64,000 nt of DNA from Haliotis rubra. Taxonomy: Eukaryota. Below, piece by piece: positions 48,734 to 60,093 of this stretch (within the stretch, counting starts at the first letter, position 1; the number at the start of each line of letters is the position of its first letter). Location of the stretch: NCBI RefSeq assembly GCF_003918875.1, contig NW_025765214.1:1860001-1924000 (forward strand). The letters are read 5' to 3'. The notes under the pieces are model-generated. The model was not told the DNA's origin, searched no databases, and was given only the letters and a program-made list of their open reading frames with translations. Both the position numbers and the translations under genes were made by a program.

Positions 48734-51247
48734 TATTCCAGCTATATGGCGGTGGTCTGTATATAATCGTGTCTAGACCAAACAATCCAGTGATCAACAG
48801 CATGAGTATCAATCTGCGCAATGGGAACCGATGACATGTGTCAACCAAGCCAGTGGGCATGACCACCCAATCCGTTAGTCGCCTCTTACGACGGGTTACT
48901 AAAGGTTCATTCTAACCTGGACCTTACGGGTTCATGGGAATAGAGGCTAAAGTTAAACATTGATAAAGGTAACATACAAATTATATACTTAGTGCAGTTG
49001 AGAAAACAGGTGCTTACTTCATACAACATAATGTATCATTTGATTGTATAATATTTTGATAAGCAGAAAATATCTGAAACAATATGGAGAAATATTAAAA
49101 TAAACTTTGCCAAACAGACAACAGGAAACATCCCCCTCTGATATCTGTGTCTTCTAGTGTGCCAACTACCAAGCTGGAACTGTCATATAGGTGAGTGAGT
49201 GAGCTGGGTTTGATGCTGCTCTGGGCCATAATTCAATTATATCAACATTGATAGAAGGAGCACATTTAGGATTGAGTTAAGTTTTACGCCACCCTCAGCA
49301 ATATTACAGCTATATGGCGGCGGTCTGTAAATAATCGAGTCTGGACCAGACAATCCAGTGATCAACATATTAAGCCCGTTAGTCGCCTATTATGACAAGC
49401 ATGGGGTTACTGAAGATCAATTCCAACCCGGATATTCACAAGACTGCACATTTAAGAAGGTCTTAAGATACTGACGGCTTTGGTGAAACACACAAGCTGG
49501 TATGGTGTCATAAAACTAAGCAACATACAAGGGGAGCTACACTGGCAAATAACAGGATCCTTACACACCTGAGGTCGCAACTCTGAGCATTCTGACATAC
49601 GGTTATCTTTCTTATATATTATCATTTGTGGTATACATATCAAACAAAGATTCTCAATGCTAGAATGGCTATACAATGGTTGGTTACCCAATAAATGCCT
49701 CTACAATATGTATACATTTCTGTAATATACTTAACAGCTTACATAATAGATGGCTCAGACCAGATAAACACATGCAATTGCTTACACATACATACATCTT
49801 AGGCAATACAATACAACATAGAATGAATGTTTACGTGAAGTGCATGTAACACAATAAGTCTTTATAAGGTACTGCAAGCACAAGGTCTGTGGAAATGGGT
49901 AGTGTTTGATCGTAAGAATGGAACCTAAGTTCTCTGCTTGTGAAGTTACTCATCATACATACCTGTTCATACGGAACCTGAAATATCCTCTTTTGTTAGG
50001 CATAAATGTTACAAAAACAATATTTGTAGTATATGCATAAAAGGGGAGGTAAATGAGGCTAAATGATGTAGGCAACACTTTTATAGCCTCAACATAGTCA
50101 TATTTAAGTCAGTGAGTATAGTTTTACACTGCACTCAGCAATATTCCGAGGTAAATGAGGCTAAATGATGTAGGCAACACTTTTATAGCCTCAACATAGT
50201 CATATTTAAGTCAGTGAGTATAGTTTTACACTGCACTCAGCAATATTCCAGCTAGATGGCAGCCGCATGTAAATAATCAAGACTGGACCAGACAATATAC
50301 TGATCAACAGCATGAGCATCGATCTACGCAATTGGGATACGATGATGTGTCAACCTGCCCACCCCATCTCGTTAGTCGTCTCTCACAACAAGCAGGGGTT
50401 ACTAAAGATCAATTCTAACCCGGATCTTCACGGGTCATATAGTGAATCTGACATGATGAACCAACAGTCAATAATGTAAGCACGAACCAGCTGTTTGGTC
50501 GCTGTTTAACGCCACACTCAGCAATTTTCCAGCCATATGAAGGCGGTCTGGACCAGAAAACCCAGTGATTGACATCATGAGCACCATCTATGCAACTCTG
50601 ATATGACATGCATCAACCAAGTCATCGAGCCAAACAACCTGATCCGGTAACTCACCTATCATGACAAACATGGGTTGCTGACGACGAATTCTAACCTCGA
50701 TCGTAAAGGGTGCATGCATAAGTAACATTTAAACAACACAGCCAGGTGTGAAAGTTGGTCTTCCAGGAACCTCTAGGAACTACATATATTCATTCACTGC
50801 AGCCATTGTGACCAAACAATCCTTGATTCAGTCGATCATAATCTGAGCGGTGGTGCAATAAAGGTGGTGAGTGAGTGAGTGATGTCCAAGGGTGTCTTGT
50901 CTGAAGTCTGGTTATATTCTACATTCAGATGTCGAAATACTGCTTCCCTGAGCTGCATTGACACTTTCCACATCAACTGTCTTTTGCCATTTGCACTGCG
51001 TACAACAGACCTAGACTAGATGTACATCAGCATCTTCTGACAAGTACAGCTCTAACAGAGCAATAAATATTGATAAAGAAAGTTCATATTTTCTCCTAAT
51101 ACTTTCATGGACCGAAAAATGCTCAAACCTTGAAAAACCGTCATAAAACAAACATAGCTTAGCTGTTTTTACCACTGAGATGACACACAGGAGAAATCTT
51201 CAGAACAAAGCAGTATTCACTTTCAAAATCATTCACAAAACTCCACT

Positions 51248-54200
51248 TCAACTTTGACCGAGTGTCTGCCCGTCAGGAGGTGGTGCCGTTGGGACGGCCC
51301 TCTGTGCCCTTGCCTGGACAACTTGTCTGTATATTATAGTAATATATATCGCCAGGAGAAGGATGATGAACAGGTCGTCAAGGAATCCTAGCAGTCCGAA
51401 CACAGCTTCCGGAATGATGTCTAATGGAGAGATGAAATATAACAAGGCTGCAAAGAAACACACTATCACGCGGAGTCGGAACATCCAGATGAGACCCCCT
51501 ACTGAGAAGAACTCTGTATACGCGTGTCGCAGTAAAACAGGCAGGTCTCGGATGTAGTCGGTGATCTGAAAATAACAGTCAATATGCATGAGATATTTGC
51601 TAATGTGAACTTTTCTCCAAACTTTCAATACAAAACAAGTCTAAATGGCTTTAAGTTTAACAAGTTTAAGTGTTATGTGGGCTTTATTGGAACATACTGG
51701 CCTGGGTTCTCCGGAGAATCTCCGGTTGTAGTTACTAATCTGGTCTAAAATAACTCTCCGTTCTGTACTGTCCTCGTTGTTTTCTACCTCAGTGAAGTTA
51801 CGCAGGAGAAGAGTAATCTGAAAGACAGAATATATAATCCATTGATACCACCCACAATGAGAGATGATGAAATAGCAGGAACACAAATCATATATTACAC
51901 ACAAGTCTGACACTTCCAGCCAAACTTCTAAGAGAGGGAATGGTAATCTTGTCACTAGTTGTACTGGGTGGTGGGGTAGCCTAGTGTCAAAGCATCCATT
52001 CGTCACACCGAAGACTAGGGTTTAATTCCCCACATGGGTACAACGTGTGGGAAGCCCATTTCTGGTGTCCCCTGTAATGATATTGCTGTAATATTTCTAA
52101 AAGGGCGTAAAACTTAACTCACTCACTGCCACCTAAAGAGTACAACATTCAGGTATATTCACCTCAAGACACACTTGTACAATTATTGAGTTCAATATCA
52201 TGAAAAATGAATTAAATAATGTAGATTGCATTGACTGAAGTATAGAAAATAGTAGGATGGTCATACACACACAATCCCATTCAAACTATCACAGTATCTT
52301 TATACAGGTGTCAGTACACATATTTACAAACACACAGACACTTAAACATACTCACATAAATACATTACCACTAAAACACTTAACACACATATGCCTACAC
52401 CGAGGCACACACACAAACAAAATATCATACACGTAAAATACATTCATACGCGAATACTGCATGCTTCCTAACTACACACCCTCATACTCTATCCATACAC
52501 CAACATCCCATACGTAGTCTCACAAACACAAATACCCAATATTCAATATTTAAGCATTATATGGATCATAATACAGGGGGTGAAATAACTTTAAAATTGA
52601 TAGTGTACTCCGGTATAGTAGCACATGTAAAGTCACTTGCCCTGATATTTTTTCCAGTATACCGACCGTTTTCTTGCTGATTTTTTAAATAAACAACATA
52701 ATTAACATTGGAAAGTCAACTGGACAGCGGTACAGTTTGATATACAAATTTGCTTGCCCGACAGAAAAAACACTAGACTCAGATGTCGGGCAATGGGTTA
52801 TTTCCACCCCTGTAATATGAGCTATTAAATACTTTAATGTTGAAATTTGGAGTGGTCCTAACATTTTCTGTTGAGTATAGTATGTAGCACAAACAATGTA
52901 ACATGTGACACTGTCTCTGTGATTCTTCGCCCTGTTGCGTGTCATTCACATTACCTGCTAAAGGAACGTGTAAGTGAGGTTTGATCGATGACGATCAATG
53001 TTCGATGAAGCAAGCAGAGACAATGAGAAACAGTACTTACTTGTTGTCTGCACACTGGGCAGCGGACAGCTCCAAGCCACTGACCATGTTGCCAGTATGT
53101 GATGACACAGTGGCCTACAACAGGCAGAATACATGGATCATAACCAAATACTACATGTTGTCATCCACTCTACAACCTTATCATAATGATGATGATTATA
53201 GTTATTTTACATACATGAGAAATATTTATTGTCAAAGGACAAAAAGACCAAAATATTGATTTATGGGTGTAATTTAATGTTCTTAAAAGAAAAAAAGATT
53301 AAAATATTGATTCATGGGTGCAAGTTTTTTATGTCTGATATAGTCCTAATCAACAAATTTTTCAATACAACTAGATACTTATCATTGCCAAATCCTGACA
53401 TAGAGCAGAATATTTGTAAACATATCACAAACTCAATTGTACTTGCTAAATAGTGACATTGTGTGTGGTTGTTAATGTGAACGTTAACTCATGTTCAAAG
53501 ACTCTAAGATTGTTACATCGAGATAACAGTATTTAAATCTGGTCATCCAGCCACTATTCTTCCTACCCACATATTGCTTGCTGAATAGTGGTATTGAATG
53601 TGGTTGTTAATGTGAACGTTAACTCATGTTCAAAGACTCTTAAGATTGTTACATCGAGATAACAGTATTTAAATCTGGTCATCCAGACACTATTCTTCCT
53701 ACCTGGTACCCACATATTGCTTGCTGAATGTGAGAGGACTAGATTAAAGTCTCTCAAATTTTTCAGAAAGCTGGTGCATACAATACTTATGAATAAAAAC
53801 ACAGGTGAGCTTGGCATGTTGGTGTCTGAATTAAGAGTGAACCTACCTCTGTATCTGCCAAAAATGTCTTTATTAGTATTGGTATATAAATTTTCTAAAA
53901 TTCAACATTAAACTTCACTTGAAACATACCACAGAAAACATGGCCACAATTTGTTTCAATTGCAAAAGCAGCATCAGCCAAGCAGATGGGACATGTGAGT
54001 TGTCCGTTATTGTCTCGTCTGGCCCTCGATGGACGGTCTGCAGTGCCAGCCTCGTTGCGGAGCCGTGTTCGTGTCGATTCCACATTAGCTGCACTCTCCG
54101 GGTGAATGGTCTGATTATAATTTTGCTGCCTAAAATTCAAGGGACAAACTCTACAGTGGAAAAGCAGTTACATTCCATAGACATATGACAAATATGAAAT

Positions 54201-56836
54201 CATCCTATTGGTATTGCACATACTTGCTTGTTGTCGAGATCTCATACAATTCTGACAACCTTTGTAGGTGTAGTGGAGAGAGCTTCTGCCAGGACAGTGG
54301 AAGTTCAATACTCGGACATGTCACACCATTAGATCATTAGGGGATACAAGTTACTTGTTGTACCATGCCTAGTGCAAGTCTTTTGGGGATAAAAGCCGCT
54401 ATTAGCAATATTCCAGCAACATCACGGTGGGGGACACCAGAAATGGGCTTCACACATTGTACCCATGTGGGGATTCGAACCCGGGTCTTCGGCGTGACGA
54501 GCCAACGCTTTAACCATTAGGCTACCCCACTGCCCCACTCAGCTATGAAGTCCAACAACTCTGATGACAGACAAAAATACATGTCAACCTGTCAGTTAAT
54601 GAAACTTTCAACCTTGAAATGCACAGTGTGTGTATTTGCTGTTTTTCACCACACTAAGCAATATTCCTGCTGTATAACAGCAACATGTAAAAATCTGGAC
54701 CAGACAATACAGTGACTGATATAAGCTTTAATAAACTGTATTGAGGTAAGCTGACATGTAGCCACCAACCCTGACAATCAGATGCATCTAGGTGCCTCTT
54801 GTGATCAGGTTGTCAGGGAAGGATAACAATATATGGATGAACAACTTCTTTATTGCTGTGAGAGTGACATTTCGGTGTCTTCACAGCAATAAAGAAGTTG
54901 TTCATCCATATATTGTTATCCTTCCTTACTGCTCCAACTTCTAAATGCCTCTCAAAGAAGGTTGTCAGGGGCCTATTCTAACCCAGTATCCCCACGGAGA
55001 CTTCAAATGTAGACAAATTAGGTAACGAGAAAAAACATTCTTTGACAAGTTTAATTAAATGGACTTGCGACTTAATAAATATACCGGGAAACACTTAACT
55101 ATACCATGTATATGTTATATTTGGGTTTACACTTTCTCAGTAACTTTTGTTGGGTTGAGTCCCATCCAGGATTTGAACCCAAACCCACAGAGGCACCTAA
55201 TCGCCAGCACACAAAGTCAGTAGTCTAACCCATTCAGCCATCGTGGCTTCCACATTTAACTCCCTGACAGTTGACATAGAAACCGAGTATCAGATAATTC
55301 ATGTCATGTTCCAATAGTCATGATGCAATAGCAGAAAATACATGAAATGTTGGGAAGTGTCATCTGTTTGCAGTTACTTTACAAAAATATTTCCAGATAA
55401 GGTCCCCAGCAACCTCCTCTTGCCATGCATGGCGACTAAATGGACCAGAAGGTGACTGAAGGTGTTGTTTGTGTGGCAATAAACAACCAAATCGGCATAT
55501 TATCACTACACATTAGTGGTTGTCAGTATTACTACAGTCCGTTTGAGTCAGAAACGGACCGATGAATAGCAAATTTTATCATTGTACAAAATTGCCACAT
55601 AAATATAAATAGTACACGTTTATCATTTACTAATACCCAACAGCTTTCTTATATTTGAACATTTTTCGGACTCCACCAAAAGAGTTCTTTAAGAAACTAT
55701 CATTAAAATTTTGACACAGTTCACTATTTGTTACAAGGGAGGAGTGCAGAGAAAGGGACAGCCAAGTGTTAGAGAAGCACGTGCACAAGTGCCCACCAAG
55801 TTATTGATTCATTAGCCTGTGCTGTGCCGTCTCCATCCTTTCTCGCATACCTGGCTGTCCCTTTCTCTGCACTCCTCCCTCGTAACAAATAGTGAACTGT
55901 GTCAAAATTTTAATGATAGTTTCTTAAAGAACTTTTTTGGTGGAGTCTAGAAAATTTTCAAATATAAGAAAGCTGTTGGGTATTAGTAAATGATAAATAT
56001 GTGTACTATTTATATTTATGTGGCAATTTTGTACAATGATAAAATTTGCAATTCATAGGTCCGTTTCTGACTCAAACGGACTACTGCTGAAGCACAAAAA
56101 CCTTCAACTGATAACATGGCATCAGTCTGCTGTTGTCCTGGCAGATTTGATCATGTTTATTTACAGTATGGAATATATAGATATGTATATATGTTCATAC
56201 ACTGGTTACACTTCCACTGACTGTTTAAATGCATGTCAGATGCTGTAATATGATCACAAGAGCTAAAAAAGCATAGCATTTTGTTCATTTATGAACCTCT
56301 TCAGATTGAAAGTTCAATTATTTTTGTAATCAAATCAGTCAAAAAGCAAGTCTTAACAAACCTGTACTATATAGTACAGGTTTGTTAAGACTTGCTTTTT
56401 GTATATACACATGGAACATTACAATATTTGAACGATAACACTCTTATTGACATCTTATGTAATTATGTATGAAAATACAGATGCAAAGTAAACTAAATTA
56501 ACCATAGTTCATCCAATGCAGAAGTGCCACAAATGTGAAGAAGCTAAATGCAAAGTACACTGACATAATTATAGCATCTGACTGAACATATTGTAGTTCC
56601 TGTGACCTTTGACGTCACTTAAAGAACCTACCGGGTTATACAGAATCTTTAATGTATACAAGTTGTTTACATAAATGACATGTCACTCAAGCCAACGTGT
56701 GGTGTTTACCAAAATGTTACCTTTTCAACACAAATGCTACCAATGGCACCAGTATTCCCAGGAATGCTCCAAGACCATAGAGCACTTCATTTCCTATTCC
56801 CTCTACTATATTCGCCTTTCTAAGATATGACGCCAT
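51248..56836 (-). CDS. RNF170: E3 ubiquitin ligase RNF170 (C3HC4 RING, TM segments, DUF1232-type C-terminus), 5 exons, 275 aa
   Basis: Exons 56836-56721, 54129-53930, 53114-53041, 51817-51698, 51565-51248 total 828 nt, all GT-AG and in phase. Motifs: [39 protein letters not shown]...[35 protein letters not shown]. Confidence 0.95.
51965..52126 (+). mobile_element. SINE family A
   Basis: Matches the family consensus. Confidence 0.8.
52574..52812. mobile_element. MITE with CAGGGG(G)TG termini
   Basis: CAGGGGGTGAAATAAC ... GTTATTTCCACCCCTG, with TAATA on both flanks. Confidence 0.6.
54390..54536 (-). mobile_element. SINE family A
   Basis: Matches the family consensus. Confidence 0.85.
55535..56083. 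mobile_element. Foldback MITE with ~235-bp inverted arms (RNF170 intron 1)
   Basis: AGTCCGTTTGAGTCAGAAACGGAC...GGGACAGCC at 55536-55763 mirrored at 55853-56082. Confidence 0.9.
56340..56401. repeat. Perfect 62-bp spacerless palindrome
   Basis: CAAAAAGCAAGTCTTAACAAACCTGTACTAT|ATAGTACAGGTTTGTTAAGACTTGCTTTTTG. Confidence 0.97.
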
Positions 56837-56939
56837 TTCTAGATGTATGCTGTTGACAAATCACAGACATGTACTAAAATCCTCAAAAGTGAGTCAAAAA
56901 TATTCATTTGGATCCGACATGTCCAGTTTCACATTCTCA

Positions 56940-57000
56940 ACGTGTCCTTCCTGAGAGACAGCTAAATATAGACACGGAAGTATAGGCCACGTGATTTGAG
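56940..57000 (-). promoter_or_regulatory. Putative RNF170 proximal promoter
   Basis: ETS-type CGGAAGT (56975-56981) and E-box CACGTG (56988-56993), ~140-160 bp upstream of the ATG. Confidence 0.4.
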
Positions 57001-57548
57001 TTGCCATCATCTCTCCAGAGTAGAGATTGTCCACGCGTAAATGATTTGAAATGTCACGATGTCTGTTTGTCAAGGAGATACTGCTAAGTTCTTGCAGTAC
57101 CTATCTAAACATATCACATTTACGCGAATTAATGTAAACAAATATCAGTCGTAAACGTCACAGACTGGGCACCTGTCTACTTAAGCATATAAAAGCGGTA
57201 ACATTTCGTCGCGTACCAACATTAGAACCAGTTTACAAACGTCAAAGGGCTGAAAATATGTTGTACTTTCTTTACAACTATTTTATAGGATACAAACGAA
57301 AGGGCGTGAATTTGCCATAAATGCAAACACGTTCAAAAATCGATATAACACTCATGTGGTTTAATAGATCCATAGCTATTACTGTAATCTACAAACATAT
57401 TCTTGGAGAAAGATTTCTAAAATTCTAGAGTCGACAGCAATATCCTCTTCTCATTTTTATCAGGGAGAACAGAAGACGCGCTGTAGATTATCCCTGTTTT
57501 TATACATTAAGGACGACTTTATGGTGTTCTCTGGCGCTGTATTGTCTT

Positions 57549-57708
57549 GAGTGAGTGAGTTTAGTTTTACGCCGCTTTTAGCAATATTCCAGCAATATCA
57601 CGGTGGGAGACACCAGAAATGGGCTTCACGCATTGTACCCATGTGGGGAATCAAACCCGGGTGTTCAGCGTGACGAGTGAATGCTTTAACCACTAGGCTA
57701 CCCCACTT
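57549..57708 (-). mobile_element. SINE family A
   Basis: Matches the family consensus. Confidence 0.88.
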
Positions 57709-58139
57709 CATCTATATAGACTTGAACTGATCCGGTTAGACAGAGGTGGATGCTTCAGTAGACAAAGGTAGCACTCTTTAATCCCCGAAGCGAAAAGATG
57801 TGTTTATTGAGCACATAAGCAGACTCATAGAGCAATTAGGGTAAATAGTGCAAGCAGAATGTTGATTGAAATAGATAGTTTTAACTTGAATATGCCAGAA
57901 AGCGAATGAGTGTCGGACGAACCAAATTTTGCTAGTGAAAACAGTTTTGACAATTAGGGAATTGCATAGTTGAGTGAATGTATTTAAGTTGTGGCTCAAT
58001 AGTGATAATCGTGTGCACTTTGTCTTCTGGGAACAGATATGAAATATAACATACATACACGAAGTTACTATATTTAACGTGAAATTTCGTTTAATTGTTA
58101 TTTATGCATAGTACCACACCATGAATTCACTTCTTACAA

Positions 58140-58497
58140 GACCGCCTCCGTGACGTAGTGGTTAGAGCGTCCGCCCGGAGAGCGGAGGGTCGCGGGTTCG
58201 ATCCCCGACCGCGTCATACCAAAAAGACGTTAAAATATGATACTTGTTGGTCCCTGCCTGGCGCTCGGCATTAATGGGTACAACAAGGACTGGTCGACTC
58301 GGAGTCAGTATAATGTGTCTGAGTGGGGTATTCATGCTTCACTGCGGCATGGTATCTCAGTGGGCTAGCACTATAAAACCAGCTTAAGTTTGGGCTAGTA
58401 CAAGCAGCCGCACATACACATACACATGCATGCACGTCGTCATATGAGCGAAATATTCTCAAGCACGACGTAAAACCCAATTTCACCTCACCTCACC
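58140..58497 (+). mobile_element. Full-length tRNA-derived SINE with Meta-domain-like core (family C)
   Basis: A/B boxes, GTCATACCAAAAGACGTTAAAA...GCATTAA core, (CACCT)n tail, 13-bp TSD TCACTTCTTACAA (58127-58139 and 58498-58510). Confidence 0.9.
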
Positions 58498-58825
58498 TCA
58501 CTTCTTACAATACATTTAAGTACTAACGTAATTGATAATATTTCAGTGTGCATGACAGCACTTTGATGCTCATGACTTCAACCTCCAGGTTGACTCGATT
58601 ATCCAAAGACAGATCTGTCTGAGATCTATATCTGTCATATTGCTGAGTGTGGTGTAAACAAACAAACAAAAAGCAAACCAACCAACCAACAAACAAACAC
58701 CGACCCAGTAACGATAAAACGTATTAAAAATAGGGCACATTTAGCTGTATACCTTTAACTCAGCATAAATCTAAATATATGTTCACACACTTAAGAGTCC
58801 ACATTAGCAGGATGACTGTTTAACA

Positions 58826-59092
58826 GTGAGTGAGTGAGTTTAGTTTTACGCCGCACTCAGAAATATTCCAGCTATATGGCGGCGGTCTGTAAATAATCGA
58901 GTCTGGACCACACAATCCAGTGATCAACATCATGAGCATCGATCTGCGCAACTGGGAACCGATGACATATGTCAACCAAGTCAGCGAGCCTGACGACCTG
59001 ATCCCGTTAGTCGCCTCTTACGACAAACATAGTCGCCTTTTGTGGCAAGCATGGGTTGCTGAAGACCCATTCTACCCCGGATCTTCACGGGT
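58826..59092 (-). mobile_element. SINE-like family B
   Basis: Full-length; GACTGTTTAACA repeated on both flanks. Confidence 0.9.
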
Positions 59093-59919
59093 CGACTGTT
59101 TAACAAAAACGAGTAAGATCACAGTGTCTTAACGCTGTGAGAACTACCATACGTGGTTTGTCGACACAGTGGGAGGACGGAAAAGTGGTTTGTCAATCAG
59201 ATTTGCTATGCTTATCTGCAATTTGTTCTATTTCAGCCACAGTTAGATATTTATCACACAGAACTCTAGATAAATACAAAAACTAAATAGAATCAACATT
59301 AAAAAAAAATGCTGACTACTGTAGTACGCATAAGAGATAATGATTCTGCATATATATATTTGACAATTTGGGTTTTTTCAGCTTGTGTACATGAATGAAT
59401 TTACACATCACACATCTCACTGGTTCAATGTAAGTACATTTACATTCAGTGGATAATGTGCAACATCACCCTTAATGTATAGCTTACAATGCATCACGAT
59501 TTCGCCGTGATGGTCCCGACACACATAGTGCAGCACATGAACATAAAAAGCTGCCAGCAACTAAAATAGCATGGAAGTACAGCTTTTTTGAAAAAGGACA
59601 TATACTCACCTGTTCAGAAAACCGAAATGATAGGACCACGAAACCATGATGCTGATTTTGATGCTGACGATTTATTTTAACCGTTTGCTGCACTTCTATT
59701 TATGTAATATTTTCAAATGTGCTTTACCGAAACAGTAGTGAGTGAGTGAGTTTAGTTTTACGCCGCACTCAGCAATAAGAACATAAGGAAAATGATGATA
59801 TGATTACAATTATCACTAACATATACACACCAAAACATTGTCAATACATTGGTTTTGCCATCTCTTGATGTTACAACTTTCAAAAGCAACCACATTTATT
59901 CATTATCAACAGACGATGT

Positions 59920-60010
59920 GTTGAGAACACGTGAGGATATAACTAGTTGTTACAGTAGTGTATGACCGGAAGCAGATTGCGAGTTACGACCCCTGTTAAC
60001 CAATGGAAAT
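59920..60010 (+). promoter_or_regulatory. Putative Hook proximal promoter
   Basis: CACGTG (59928), CCGGAAG (59966) and CCAAT (60000) within 170 bp of the ATG. Confidence 0.4.
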
Positions 60011-60093
60011 ACCAAGATCAAACAATATTTTCTTCATGGGCTGATTAATCACTTTATTTTGATCGGAGTTTGTTTGATTTGATTTTCTCGAAA

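Noticed and set aside
50047-53730. Short direct duplications (about 100 bp at 50047/50148; about 140 bp at 53455/53596)
   Set aside because: Ordinary local tandem duplications or haplotype merges with no functional signal.
58140-58215. Functional tRNA genes at SINE heads
   Set aside because: They continue into SINE cores and tails with TSDs; acceptor stems do not pair and there is no poly-T terminator.
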